DNA of 64,000 bases from Utricularia gibba (lineage: Eukaryota; Plantae; Magnoliophyta): assembly GCA_002189035.1 (NCBI GenBank), contig CM007989.1:3100001-3164000 (forward strand), read 5' to 3'. The notes under the pieces are model-generated. The model searched no databases. It saw only the letters and a program-made list of their open reading frames with translations, and was not told where the DNA came from. Within the stretch, counting starts at the first letter, position 1. Every line of letters begins with the position of its first letter. Both the position numbers and the translations under genes were made by a program. Positions 13,691-26,743 of this stretch are shown piece by piece.

Positions 13691-14071
13691 CTAAGAGACA
13701 TGTGGGGTGTTAAAGGATGAGTGTCTGATCATGGCCTTCCTTCTTCTCTCAATATATGCATCAGACTTCTCGTTTATGTTCGAAATCGCCTGCGGTCGAT
13801 GGCTCGGCTTCGTCTCCAGATGGTTGAATTCGATACGGATCAATGCCGTACCATCTTCACTTCTTGCGAAGCCTCCCTTCTTCCTGATGTGCTTCAAGGA
13901 TCCATCTGTGTGTCTGAAGTCAACTGAAATTTGGGAAGCTGTGTTTGGATCGATGCCCTGGATGGGCACATCGATGGACTCAGGGAGATGGGATGGTGTC
14001 TTCATGGTAGTGAAAATCTTCCTGAGCATTTGAGGGAGGAGATGAACTCTGGATTCAAGGTTGCTGCTCAT
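13691..14071 (-). CDS. Small intronless hypothetical protein (126 aa) with a C-terminal INEKSDAYIERRRK motif (DUF761-like)
   Basis: ATG at 14071 opens MSSNLESRVHLLPQMLRKIF...HVS*. The C-terminal motif resembles the (D/N)xxxxAxxFIxxxR motif of small plant proteins. There is no firm family match. Confidence 0.45.
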   Translation of the reverse strand: MSSNLESRVHLLPQMLRKIFTTMKTPSHLPESIDVPIQGIDPNTASQISVDFRHTDGSLKHIRKKGGFARSEDGTALIRIEFNHLETKPSHRPQAISNINEKSDAYIERRRKAMIRHSSFNTPHVS

Positions 14072-14643
14072 TTTGTAGGCACTTATTCTGTGGGGATGCC
14101 ATGAAAAGGCCAGCTTGGAAGATTCTTTGCTTTGATTAGGGGAAAACAAAAAGCATGGTGAGAAAAAAAACCTTTTGTGGAGAAATTTTCCCCATGTTGA
14201 ATTGACTCATTCTTCAACCAACTTACATGTTTCCTACTCTGAGCTTTCTGTTCTTACCAAAAACTAGAAGAACGTCATTTTACATTCCGGTTCGGATCCT
14301 CGTTTTCGTCTCTGTTGCTGCGAATTCATTTCATAGATTGCAATGAAAGAAATTTAACATGTAGGAAAGTTGAGCATCAACCGGCTTCTTAGGAGAGACT
14401 CTTCTTCTGTGCAATGCATGAACTTTTTAGACGATAAAGCAGTAAAGGCAACAGAGGGGAATGGAAAGCCAAATATGGAATATTGAGAGACTTGGATACT
14501 CTGTAAAGTGAACACGAGGATAAGGCCTGTTGAAGCTGACTCATTCAAGCAGCTCAGAGTAAACAAATAAGTCACGACCTCATCCTCAGAACATGTGTTA
14601 CAATTCAAAAGACTTCTGTAAAGCATGACTTGGACAAACAATG

Positions 14644-17600
14644 TCAACTTACATCAATTCCTGCATCGGAGATGGAATCGGATTTAGGGATCACAGCAGG
14701 CGAAGCAAGGGCAAGAAGGTGTGCCCTCTGAGCTCGTGGAGGAAGATGTTTTGTATGCTTGCGTGATCCCACCGCCCATGGCAGGAACACCCCTGTACCT
14801 CCATTGGGGATCCTCTGAGGGCTCATGACCAGTGGAGTCACTGCAGCTAATGTAACGGCAGGGGCTAAGGTCGACACAGTGTTAACGGCATAGCCATTTG
14901 GAACGGGATATGAAGCTGGAAAACTTGGTTGCCATACTGTCAGCGCCATGGATGGAGGGTTCAGCTCTGATGGAGGGCTGATGGTGTCTGTTCTGACTTT
15001 GAAGAAAGTAATTGTCACTCTCTTGTTTGGCGAGGCACACATAGCATGTCTTGCTGTATCGCAGCTATTTCCCCTCATCACTATGGTGGACCTGAAAAAA
15101 GGGTGTTTTGAGTCAGAATTGCAAGGTACGAGAAAAATCTGTAGAAGAACAGACTGTAACTTGCGTGCTAGTGATAAAGATACATACCCTTCTTTCAGGG
15201 GAAGCATGAGAGTTCCAGTATAATTCCCTTCACCATCACTTACTATTACACGGCCAAAAGCCATTGTCGATTCAGAGAGGACAATTGTTGAAAGAGGCTG
15301 ATCCAGATGAGGCGGTTTCAGAAATGGCTGGGAAAATTCTCCCTTCAAGTTCACAGAGTACACATTATAAGAAAGCCTTCAATATGAACGAGGAGACCTT
15401 CCATCCCCATGGTGAAGCAAGAAAAGAGGTAGAATTTAGAAAACTATTTTTACCGGATCAAAGAAGTTGATGATGCAGCTATTTGGTCTCCGTTTTTCCG
15501 GGATCAAACGCCACTGGATCAGGTGATGGATCACACTTTGGAGAAGAGCTGGGATTGGTTCAATATAACCTGCAAGGTGGCAATGCTCATCAAGATAGGA
15601 TTTGTTTTTTTATAGGAAATTTTCTAGTTGTAGACAAATATTTCACCTACCTGTCTGAATTGTTTCACCATCTTGTACCTTTCCGAAAATGGGAATTCCC
15701 AGCTGAATCAGCTCTCTCTTGTTACCCTTGATCTGATGGTTGTACATGGTAAATGTGTCCCCTGAGAGTTCACCATTCTGACCTGCGACTCGGATTTCAT
15801 TAGCGAAGTCACGCAGTTTAGCGAGCTCAACATCAGTAAACACCCCTTCAAATACTTTGAGACCTCGAAGTACATTCACCTGCAAGCCAGTGATGAGATG
15901 TCATCAAAATGTCATACGCAACTTCATGTAACATGCTACTCTTCTAGGCGAAACACAAAAGGGAAGGGAAAAGGGAAAAAAGCAAAAAGAACAATATGAT
16001 TCACCAAAAATGACTTGCCATGTGCCCTTTCACTGGCTCTTTCGCCATGAAACCTTTTTTTATCTCGATCATAGCGCACCGTGCTTCACAATCCTCGTGG
16101 TTGGAACAAATGTCAATGTGTTCCTTCGGGCCTGCATTTTTGGAGACCCTGCATTTGAATCATGAATGAGATAATGTGCATCTAAGTAATTAAAAGAAAG
16201 ACATGTCTCATGATTCAAATGTTGTTCTGGAAATAAACTCTAGAAGCAGTGGTCACAATCTCTAGACGGAACAATTTCTACCAACTCGGGACCACACTTT
16301 AATTTCAACAAGTGTTTATTCCCTGTAAATGTTCGTCGTGAAAATCCAGTGCACTTCAAAAGGGACCACTAGAATCATATCCCATTTCCATCCTCCCAGC
16401 AGCCTTGAATTCAATTGTCTACCCAACTACATAAAAATGAAACATCCCCAATACACAAGTACAGAATTTTTTGACAACGCCCATTTCAGAAAGGATAAGA
16501 GCTTTATGGAGAAGCACCAGGTTCTAGTCATCAGAACAATTAAACCATTGACTGAAAAAGAGCAAAGCTTTCAACTTTATTCTCCCTAAAGAGCTAGAAC
16601 CTGTGCCACTAATTATCGCTCAACATTGACCTATTCACCAAGATCAATTTCGAATAAGATCCACTACAATGACAAACATTGAAAAACCATCACCCCCTTC
16701 ATCTTCGTAGGTGGGCAACGGTCTATCATAATAATTTCAACACGACCCCCTCTTTGTCGGATAAGCTGAAATTACGACAAAGCTACACAGGAGAAAGTAG
16801 GAAAAAGGAGCACCACTCTCTAAGGACCCGAACACCCCACGAGCAACTTGTGGAGGAAGATACCCCGGAAAAATGGCGACAATACACGCTACCGGCCGTG
16901 GAAACCACGCGCCGCCGGGAACTCATAGTAGTTCTTTAATCAATTATTGCTGCGTCATCCCACAATAATGAGTATTAAAATAAATTCTACTATATCGCCT
17001 CGTTTTTCTACATCATTGCATTTCAATTTCATTGGAGAAATAAATCTACTACTTTATAATATATCGCTTCCTATGCCATTTATTTACATTAAAACCCATC
17101 TTTCAAATTGACTAAAAAAAATCCAAATTTTGCATCATATCAATTTTTGTATTTTTTGTGTGTGTCATTTTCATGAATTAAAGTACACAAAGAACCAGCC
17201 AACAATGCAATTAACATCAATATTTTAAATTATCACAAAAAAACCGTGAATTAATTTCATTAATGTTTTCTTTCTACCCAAATTTTTTATTTTTTTATTT
17301 TTTTATTTCGTTTATTAGAAACAAATTAATAGAGGCTATTTTATTTCCATATTTAAACTTATCCCACCACAATCTACTTGCTCTAGGGGTTAGTTATGCC
17401 ACAAAAATTATTTTCCACCAAACGAGATAATGTATTTGCTTCTAGTCAAATGTCCATCATGGTGTTATCGGTTGAGTAAACTATTGAATTTAATCAAAAA
17501 TTCAGCATTTTCCCCCTGAAAAAAGTTAGAACTTAGATCATGCTACCCGTCATGTCAACCTGAAAAGTGTATTTCCCATTATGCCATTGGGACTGAGAAG

Positions 17601-18523
17601 AAGCTTCGGAAATTAAAAAGGTAATTAAGGCTAAAGCAGGAGCATTTAATGGCAATCTGTGGCTAATGACGAAGGTCAAAGTTAGCAATCTTTTCTAGGT
17701 GAGACAGGGAAATTGAGAACCCTGGTTGTGGAATATGCTAAGCTTCTACCAAGATGAGGTTGATGATGATTCCTATTTCTTTAACTTTTCCGGTCACCGG
17801 AATCTGATTATCCCAACAGCATAAGCTTTCCGATTATTCCTTAATTAAGGATATGTCTACCTAATTCCAGAGTTTTTGTGAAGATTCTTCGTTAAACCGT
17901 TATCTAATCAGACGCTTAACCTAAGATTAATCTACTGATACCAGTTTTTTTTTTTTTTTTTTTTGAGGTCAGGTGAGCGAAAGAAAAGTAAAAAGAGAAC
18001 GGAAACGGAGAGATTGAGGTTGCGAAATAAAAGTACCTGCATCGGTGATTTCGGACTTCAAATCGTCGTCCGCGGTATCGGCGGAGCAATCTGGAGACTT
18101 TTCTTTCGATTTTTCTTCTTTGGTCGGCGCCGGGAAACCGCCGTTCCCCGCCGTAATAACCGCAGACTCTCTTTCTGATCTCTTCTTATCAGAGATTTTA
18201 TTCAGCTCCAGAATAACATCAGCAATCGGATAATAATTCTGCATCTGAAGAATCGGGATCCAGTTTACCCTTCGACGGTGAATCGCGGTAAACAAAGGCT
18301 CGTAGGTCGTCGTATCGCCTTCAATCTGTGCCAGATGACCGCAGAGAGCATCAATAATAGCGTTCGCCGCCGCGAACTCGCCACGAAACCAGGCGATCAC
18401 AGAGTCTTTGGCGTACGCGTCCGACGGCGGGGTTATCATCGGCTGTTGCGCCGTCGCCGGGAGCACCATTGGAGTCGCCGGCATCCGATTCCCCTGCGTC
18501 ACGACGCCGGCCGCTGGCGGCAT
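14644..18523 (-). CDS. ALKBH10B: RNA m6A demethylase ALKBH10-like (2OG-Fe(II) dioxygenase), 6 exons
   Basis: AKDSVIAWFRGEFAAANAIIDALCGHL, IHRRRVNWIPILQMQ, KGHM|VNV, GNKRELIQLG, PNSCIINFFD, GEFSQPFLKPPHLDQP and GTGVFLPW. First ATG at 18523; intron 1 is 1.9 kb; intron 2 (15880-16018) is GC-AG. The stop at 14644 overlaps a GTAAGT, so a further terminal exon cannot be excluded. Confidence 0.93.
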
Positions 18524-19374
18524 TCTAAACTCACGATTAAGAATATCTAGTGAAACCGACAAGGAAGGGAAAGGTTACTCCAATTCCGGCGAATCAACGG
18601 AAGAGGAAGTATCTGCGCCGACGAGATGTTGACAATAGACTGCGGTTTTCCGGTGTCCACAAATGAAATGAATCGCCTTATATATAGTTCTCAGTTTCTC
18701 ACACTATTTTCAAAAAAACAAATAATCAACAGCCCGATAGATGAATAAAAGCTCATCTAAGTACGTGCCCAATTACAAAACCCGTCACTTGCTGAAAAAT
18801 ACAAATAATCATACAATATTTTCCATAGTATTACTATTCCATTCCATACTACTTTTTAATATCTTAATTATTATTTTTTAAGGAGAAAAAATACGGATGG
18901 AAAATGAAATATGAGAGGGAAAGGAGAGGGCCCACCAGCGTGGAGGCAATGACCCCTCGGTGAAGGGCCCGCAAGTTAATTATACTTCAATAACTCTGTC
19001 GCCTAAAATGAATTATACTCATGATTATGATCTTTTTCAAATGCTAGAAATAGAATAATTCCTTTTCTGAAATGTAGAGCCTGCCTCCATGGCCCTAACA
19101 CAAACAAACACCCAACTAGACAAAAACATAATCCAAATAATTAGACAACACTACGTCCCCATTTATGAATTATTGAGCATTCAACATTAAGTTTTTAATC
19201 GATGGTTTAGGATGATTTGAGTGATTACATGAGAACATCAACTATACAATCAACAATCATATTAATAATATTAAATTCAACCGATTATTAGTTATTCATA
19301 ATTTTTATATATTAGATTATTTTACTTTCAAATCACAATATGATATTATTTATTCTAATATATTTGTATATCAA

Positions 19375-19491
19375 TTTAAAATTATCACTACTATAATTAA
19401 CTTATTAAGGATGCATTTGGTTGTTGGGTTTGGTCAAAACCCAATTTTAATTTATTTGGGTTTAAAATTATCACTACTATAATTAACTTAT
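19375..19491. repeat. 31-bp perfect direct repeat flanking a 55-bp insert
   Basis: TTTAAAATTATCACTACTATAATTAACTTAT at 19375-19405 and 19461-19491. The insert starts TAAGGATGCATTTGGTT, which resembles a Tourist/Harbinger MITE end. Confidence 0.75.
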
Positions 19492-20595
19492 AAAATGGTA
19501 TGCTTTTTATAAAATATGTATTTTATTTATTAAAACTATAGTTGGTCCTATAGCTTAATTCAAATGTTTATTTCGATTTAAAAATATAAAAGTGGTAATA
19601 TTATTATTCATATACTAATGAAAGTTGATTTTGATTTTATAGCAAATATATTTTTCATTTCAAAAAATCATTTTAATAACATATCCACGTGATTTGTAAT
19701 CATTGGTTTTAAATGGAGATGCACGTTTACTCCTTTACTCAAACGAAGCGACCACGTGATTCACGCTCAATAGAAATTAATTTGGACATAGGTTCCAAAC
19801 TATGAACGTATTTTGATTTTGAAGATCGATTGCTAGTTCGGATTCGGAGTGCCAAGAAGTTGACCAAAATATTTCCTTAGCAATAGTCACTTGGATTTGA
19901 AAATGGAAAGGGGTTTTAAGAAGCTTTTAAGAGTGATTAATGTTTAATAATATTTAAATACACCAGTTGACTCCCACACACGATGTGATTGTGAGTTCAA
20001 GGCAATAGATATTGTATAGTTTTTTATGTAAATATTTTAGTCGTGACAGAAATAAAGTGAAAGAAAATAAACAAGCGAAATTGACTGACTAGCGCATGTG
20101 TAAAATGACTTTCTTAATATTGGAAATTGTTTATCATTTTCAAGGAAAAAAATGATTGTTAAATGAATATGAATACGGAAAATCAATATTTTTAATAATT
20201 AAAATTTTGAATATTTTTAAAAACTATTTGAAACATATCGCAACGAAACCTAACGATGCATGAAGTCATTATTTGTTCTAGGCACCTTCCTTGTGTTCAA
20301 ACGCCTTCGAAATAGTGCACAAGATCACATCGAAAATTCAAAATTTTAGATTACTCTATGATATTAATATGTTATTTTTTAGCTTCTAGGGTCTATTTCT
20401 TAGTTTAGGATCCCTCTTACTAACTGAAATCAAAGACTTGAAAACCGAAAATCAACTTCACGCCATATAAAATAAATATCATTCAAATTTATAGTTAAAT
20501 TTATATATTTAATTATTTTTTTAAAAAATATAATAGTAGAAAATTTTTAATGTTAAATTAGGTGAGCAGCCCGATTTGGTATAGTCTATTTCCCC

Positions 20596-20660
20596 TTATA
20601 CCCATTTTTTATTGGCCCATTTCAGTTTATACCCATTTTCAGGCCCATTTCGTTTCAGTT
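20596..20660. promoter_or_regulatory. Duplicated ~31-bp promoter module with two site II (GGCCCA) motifs upstream of BPM-like copy A
   Basis: TTATACCCATTTT...GGCCCATTTC occurs twice in tandem about 100-160 bp before the ATG. Confidence 0.55.
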
Positions 20661-20757
20661 GACCTTGAAAGGCGGGGAACTATGCGCTATGCGTGGTGAC
20701 TGGTGATGTCTGTGAGTGGGTTTTCAAGCAACAGGGAGTAACTTCACAGTGACCCTA

Positions 20758-22104
20758 ATGGGATCTATGATCGATAATCATGGAGAAGATGATCTGGAGT
20801 CCTCATCTTCGATATTTGTTTCAGATGTCTGCGAAGGATCTCACAGTTTCAAGATCATGAATTACTCTTTGGCAAAATCACAGGAGATTGGGAATTGCGT
20901 TTCTTCTGATGTGTTTCATGTTGGTGGTTGTTCTTGGAGGGTCAATTTCTACCCTAATGGATTCAACGTTGATGTTGCTGATTACATCTCGGTTTATCTC
21001 GTGTTAGTTTCAGAGGCGGCGGATAAAAGGGCAATCTTTAAATTGTTTCTTGTGGATCAAAGCACCGGGAAGAAGTACAATTATTTCAAGCAGAAGCACG
21101 CCATTAAAGTCCATGGAAAAAACTTTGCATGGTGAGTTTGTTTCTTTCTTTTGAGAGTGTTGTTAAAAAAATGAATGTTTTGATGGAATGTTCATGCTGT
21201 TCTTAGGGGGTGTGATGAATTCATGGAAAGAAGTGTGTTGGAAACTTTGGGATTTTTGAAAGATGATTCTTTACAGATTGGTTGCTCAATTTGTGTCGTT
21301 CAGTCTCAAAAGACTCTGAAGATCAGTTCAGTTGTTGTGCCTCCATCAGATATCACTCATAATTTACTACATTTGTTGGAAACCGGGAAGAAGCGGATGT
21401 TAAATTTGATGTTGGTGGAGAAGAGTTTTCGGCCCACAAGTTAATTCTCGGTGCTCGTTCTTCGGTATTCAATGCGCAGTTTTTTGGATCACTGAAAGAT
21501 GAAGGAGTTATTCCGATAAAAGTTGAAGAAATGGAACCATCTGTGTTTAAGGTGATGATGTTTTAACTCGTGAACGTCTGCTTCTCTTCTTAAAATTCTT
21601 CCCTTTTCAATCTTGCAGGTCCTACTGCACTTCATCTACTCAGATGGCTTGCCAAATTTGGATGAGCTCAATGAAATGTCTTCAACCTCAATGTATGAGC
21701 ATCTACTCGCTGCTGCGGATAGATATGATTTAGATCGACTCAAGCTCCTCTGCGCAACTCATCTCAGTAAAAAAATCTCACATGATAATGTTATCATGTT
21801 ATGGGAACTAGCAGAACGGCATCATTTACCTCCATTGAAATCATGTTTACTTGAGTTTGTTTCGTCACATGACAATCTTCAAGGTAAGAAGGTCTCTGCC
21901 GTCTCCCTTTTTCATATATCTCATTTCTGAGTACTGTGACACAAACTATCTTGAGTTGGGATTTTTCATCAGGGAATCTTGAGCGTATACTGTTTGTTCC
22001 TTGCAGCCGTGATGGAAACTTCTGGTTTCCAACAGATCAAGCTAAGCGATTCCTGGTTGATCGCAGATTTTCTTCATCGTCTTCTTGCTTTGAAGTTCTT
22101 GTGA
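20758..22104 (+). CDS. MATH-BTB (BPM-like) protein, copy A, 4 exons; 1-bp frameshift near 21388
   Basis: EGSHSFKIMNYSLAK..FHVGGCSW..FYPNG..YISVYL (MATH); AHKLILGARSSVFNAQFFG..MEPSVFK|VLLHFIY..LLAAADRYDLDRLKLLC (BTB). ACCGGG^AAGAAGCG needs one extra A to match copy B's GKEAD. Confidence 0.9.
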
Positions 22105-22388
22105 AGCTGGCAGAGGCTGCAAAATTGTAATCTAAACACATGGTGGCATTTTGTACAAAGAAGCCGTATGTATTTTTCCACTATGCATGATGATGATGAC
22201 GCCACTTTACGATGCATTTGTTTGGGTACAAAACGGCGTCGTCTCATTCGACAGGGCGAGTGGAAGAAAGCAAAAAGGTGTTCACTTCGGTCACAGGTCA
22301 CTTCTTTACTGGGCTTTCAGGGAAGAGCCCTTGTCCCACGGAAGCTTCTCTATTGTTTTATGGAAAATTCCAATACGCTTCCGTGAGA

Positions 22389-23731
22389 ATGCATTCGCCG
22401 GCGTCGATGGAGAATCAGCGCCAGAAGAAGCCGTCCCGTATTGAGACGTCTTCGGCGTGGTCGTCGGATGTCTCCGGCGGATCTCATGTATTTAAGATAA
22501 TGAATTATTCCTTAGCCAGAGGGCTTGGTGTCGGGAACTGCATATCTTCGAATAAGTTTTCCGTTGGTGGTTGCCTCTGGCAGATTAAGTTCTACCCTGA
22601 TGGTTATAACAACAGTGCTGTGGATTATATCGCAATTTTCTTAGCATTAGTTGCAGGTGAATCAGACGAGAAGGCGACTTTTAAATTGCTTCTTCTGAAT
22701 CAAAGCGGAGAGAAATACGCGAGTCTGGAGCAACAGGAAGCCATTAAATTTAGATACAAAAACTTCGTTTGGTAAGTTTTGAGTCCTGTGATTGGCGTTT
22801 TGTGTTTCAGTTTTGAGTGTTTTTTGCTGGGCTTCGCTTACAGAATACTGTACTGATGTGAAAGTTGATATTTTGGCTTCAGGGGAAGTACAAAATTTAT
22901 GAAAAGAGCTGATTTGGAAGCTTCTCAGCTCCTAGGAGACGACTGCCTGCATATTCGTTGCGAAATTCGTGTTTTTCAGTCTCCAAGGATTTCAAAGATG
23001 GATTCGATTGCGTTGTCCCCATCAAATATCAACCTTCATTTGAGACATTTGTTGGAAACTGGAAAAGAAGCGGATACCGATTTTCTAGTTGGTGGGGAAG
23101 TTATCTCAGCTCATAAGTTGGTTCTTGGTGCCCGTTCATCGAAATTCAGAGACCAGTTCTTTGGATCCAAGAAGGGTGAATGCAGTAACTGGACGAGAGT
23201 TGAAGGGATGCAAGCTCGCGTCTTTAAGGTGCTGGAAGTAAATAATCTTCTGATTCATCTGAAATCCATCGTCTTCTTAAATTCTTCTCCATTTCACAGG
23301 CTTTGCTTCACTTCATATACTGCGATGAGTTGCCATCCATGGATGAAAAGCTTACTCCAACCTTATGGTATCAACACCTAATCGCAGCAGCTGATCGATA
23401 CGATTTAGATCGACTGAAGCTGCTCTGCGCCGCTCGTCTCAGCAAGGAAATCTCAGCAGTTAATGTTGTTACAATTTGGGCACTCGCTGAGCAGCATCAA
23501 GTAGCGCAGCTCAAAATAAGGTGCCTTGAATTCATTCTTGAAAATAACAATCTTCAAGGTGAGATGATGCTTCTCTATCTCCATTTTGTATTCTCCATTC
23601 ATTCATTACATTGTATCCTTTTTTTTTCTGTAGAGGTGATGGAATCCACAGATTTTCTGGAAATGAAAGGAAGTGATCCATCAAAGATTGCAGAGTTCCT
23701 TCAAAGTCTTTTTGCTTTGAGATGTTTGTAA
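22389..23731 (+). CDS. MATH-BTB (BPM-like) protein, copy B, 4 exons, intact
   Basis: GSHVFKIMNYSLARG..FSVGGCLW..FYPDG..YIAIFL..W|GSTKF; AHKLVLGARS..FFG; ALLHFIYCDELP; AADRYDLDRLKLLC. All phases are compatible. The start is 22389 or 22407. Confidence 0.92.
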
Positions 23732-23779
23732 ATGTACAATGCAAGGAATGGACCAAACTGAGTTTCACTCTGAGGGCTA

Positions 23780-25064
23780 TCAGCATTTCCCAGCAGGGGG
23801 CTGCACGTCGTCATTATTCTTCCAGGAAACAACCCCTTGAATGATATCTGCTAAGGCTGGATCACTTTGTTTGAGAAGCATGCAATCATCAGTTCGCATC
23901 ACATCTGCAACCAAATCATGGCACATGAATGAGGAAGAATTTGAAAAGATGTGCTGTTGGGGATTAACTAAAATGCAATTGCCTTGCGGGTTTTCAAGCG
24001 AAGCTAAAAGCTTGATACACGATGATTTTAATTGGGAGGAACGATGCCGCTCGGCTAATGCCCAAGTTGAAGCTACGTTATCTATGGAGATGTTTTTGAT
24101 CAGATGGTCAGCACAGAAGGGTTTGAGTCCTTCCAATTTGTATCGATACGCGGCGGAAAGAAGATTCCGGCACATCGAGATTGGAGCTCCATCCAGAGAC
24201 GGCAGGTCTCACAGTATATGAAACCAAGCAGAGCCTGCACGATTGGGAGATGGAATGGTTTCAAGGCCAACAAAAGGCATGCATGAGTTGAAGAAACACC
24301 AACCCTAAAAACTGCTGGTTCAATTCCTTCTACTTTTATGGGATCTGCATGCGCATGTTTTGCTGGTCCAAAGAACTGGGCACAGAATGATGGTGAACGT
24401 TCGGCGAGAACCGGTGTATGGGCCTGAAATCGTTCTCCGTCGACATCAAACTTCACATCTGCGCCTTTCCCACTATCCAGAAGAAGTCGGAAGTGAGCAT
24501 CGATGTCTGCAGGAACATACGTTGTGATGGAACTGGAAATATTCGACGCCTGAATAACAGTAATGTCACAGAAAATCTGGAGGCAATCATCTTTCAAATA
24601 TTTCCCGGACCTGACTTCTTCCCTTGATACGAAATTGCAGCAACCCCTGCCATGAAAATTAAAAGTATAAACATTATACAGTAGCCAAGGAAATGGAACT
24701 CCAGTTGGTCTGCAAGATCTCACCAGAGATAATACTGAGTATCATTATCTGGAAATTTCCGTGGCTCAGCTGTCACAAAAACCTTGTGCTTTTGGCCTCC
24801 TCTTTTGTCTAAAATAGACAGCTTATAATTAGCCCTTGTATCCGATCCACCAGCTGCCAATGTCAAAAACAGTGAGATATATTCAGAATCTTTATCTCTG
24901 CCGTCGGGATAGAGGTCGATCTTCCATGCACGACCACCAACATGAAACTCATCAGAAGAAATGCAATTCCCATGTCCAAGACCTGTCACCAAGGAATAAT
25001 TTTTTACAGTGAAAACGTGAGAGCCTTCAAACTTCGTTGGTTCCCATATCGAAGATGTGCCCAT
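23780..25064 (-). CDS. MATH-BTB (BPM-like) protein, copy C, 4 exons; 1-bp frameshift near 24207
   Basis: EGSHVFTVKNYSL..FHVGGRAW..YPDG..YISLFL; AHTPVLAERSPSFCAQFFG..IEPAVFR|ALLGFIY; NLLSAAYRYKLEGLK. TGTGAGAC^CTGCCG needs one extra base to reach the LPSLD frame. Confidence 0.88.
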
Positions 25065-25189
25065 TGAAAGAGATATTTTCGTTCGATGAATATCAAGGTG
25101 ATCCTTTATACAGTAAGCTGTGGAAGTATGTGATTACAAGGCATGCGAGAAACTGAAAGGTCTCTCATCAAGCTTCGGATGAAGCAATG

Positions 25190-25793
25190 TGATGAGCCCC
25201 AGGAAGATAATGAAGTGTATTTGAAGAATGATGAGGAGTTTGTTCAAGTGAACAAATTAGAAAGAAAGATGATTCCACCAGTACCAATGACTAGGAGCAA
25301 GACAAAGATGGTTGAAGATACAGTTAAGGGTCTACTCAATACCATTGGAATCAAACATGGGCTTGAAGACATCCCATCAAAAGAGCTCAACTAATTGAAG
25401 ATGGACTTAACTTAGAGCATTGGGCTTGTTAGACTTTTCTATTTTATTTAGTTTGGGCTATGTAATGTTAGAGCCCAATTCTAGAGTATAAATACTCTAG
25501 AGATGTACTATTTCAGGATCTTTGGTCATTTTATGTATCTTGTGAGGATTCCCCTCTCCTTTGAGTGCTTGAACACTCTTAACTTATCAAGCTTTGAGCT
25601 TGTGGCGTTCTAGGATTATCACTTCCAATCAATCTCTCTTTTCTGAAGTGTGGCTCCTAATTTTCTTTGTTTCGAAGTCTGGTTGCAAGAGATTTATTCT
25701 CTTGAGGGTAGACTTGGGTGGGTTCTCTTCTAAGCTTCAAAATCACCTCTTTTTTGTGGGTTGCTAATCTCTATAGATTAGAGGGTCACATCA
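25190..25793 (+). mobile_element. Solo LTR (604 bp), Ty3/gypsy, CRM-like, with 5-bp TSD CAATG
   Basis: Termini are TGATG...CATCA, with CAATG at 25185-25189 and 25794-25798. The internal reading frame includes VPMTRSKTKMVEDTVKGLL, which resembles the integrase C-terminal motif that extends into CRM LTRs. TATAAAT at about 25487. No PBS, PPT or internal domain flanks it. Confidence 0.9.
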
Positions 25794-26743
25794 CAATGTC
25801 TGCATTGGAATCTCAACACTCGTCATGAATACACACGCAGTGAGAGTAGTCGAATCGTCAAGCTTTGGATGAAACGGATTCATGTCACATGAAACATGTA
25901 GCCGGTGGTTATGACTAGTTGAATACAATATGAAAAATTATATTATGTTAATTAAGAATACATGTTAATTATGTATGTGATACATAAAGAAACAATAGTA
26001 CATTTATTGCAATAGGCCTTTGATGTTTTTTGATGAATTGAGAAAATTAGGTAAATTAATCTATTAGCTTTAAGAATAAGTCAGAATGAGAATATAAAAA
26101 CCGATGTAGATCTCATTCCAATGATCTATTTTGGATGAAGAAAAAGAAAGAAAAATTTAAACAAAAATAAAAAAAAATGTTTATGGTTCTCATAAATCTC
26201 CATTTTTATGATTATAGAAATAAAATTAATTTAAAAAAAATCTTGCAGAACATCATCTTAGTATCATATTCTATATATTTAAATATTTTTATTTATTCTT
26301 TATTCATGACCAAACACAAATTATCTACTTTAGTTCGTTCAATCATGATAAAATAAAATACAACATAATGGTTTACATTTCTCAAAAAATTTATATGCAA
26401 ATATCTATTATTAATATGATAGCAATATTGTATATACATCTTATTGTATAATTTTATGTCAAAGATATGATAAATAATTTTATTTAAATAACATTTTATA
26501 CGAAATAAACTCATTTTCTTAAAATCTGTTATTATTATGTAAATTAATCTCAGATTTATTTAATACTGACCAAATTACTCTATATCAATATCTATACAAA
26601 AAAAAAATCTGAAGAAACGATTTAAATACGGGTCTGACCCGGTTTGTAATCAAACCGGAATCTCAGTGGGGTTCGCGTAGAGAGAACCGAGTCTATAACG
26701 GTACTAAAAGTAAATAAATTTTGGCTACTTCGCGTGAGCTGCG

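Noticed and set aside
17946-17964. Long poly(T) run as a retroposon tail
   Set aside because: No SINE/LINE body or TSD is adjacent. It appears to be a simple intronic homopolymer, as does the A-run at about 12962-12976.
9842-18523. MBD4-RRP4-ALKBH10 as a functional epigenetic/RNA-processing cluster
   Set aside because: The adjacency is explained by ancestral synteny, and no shared regulatory structure is seen.
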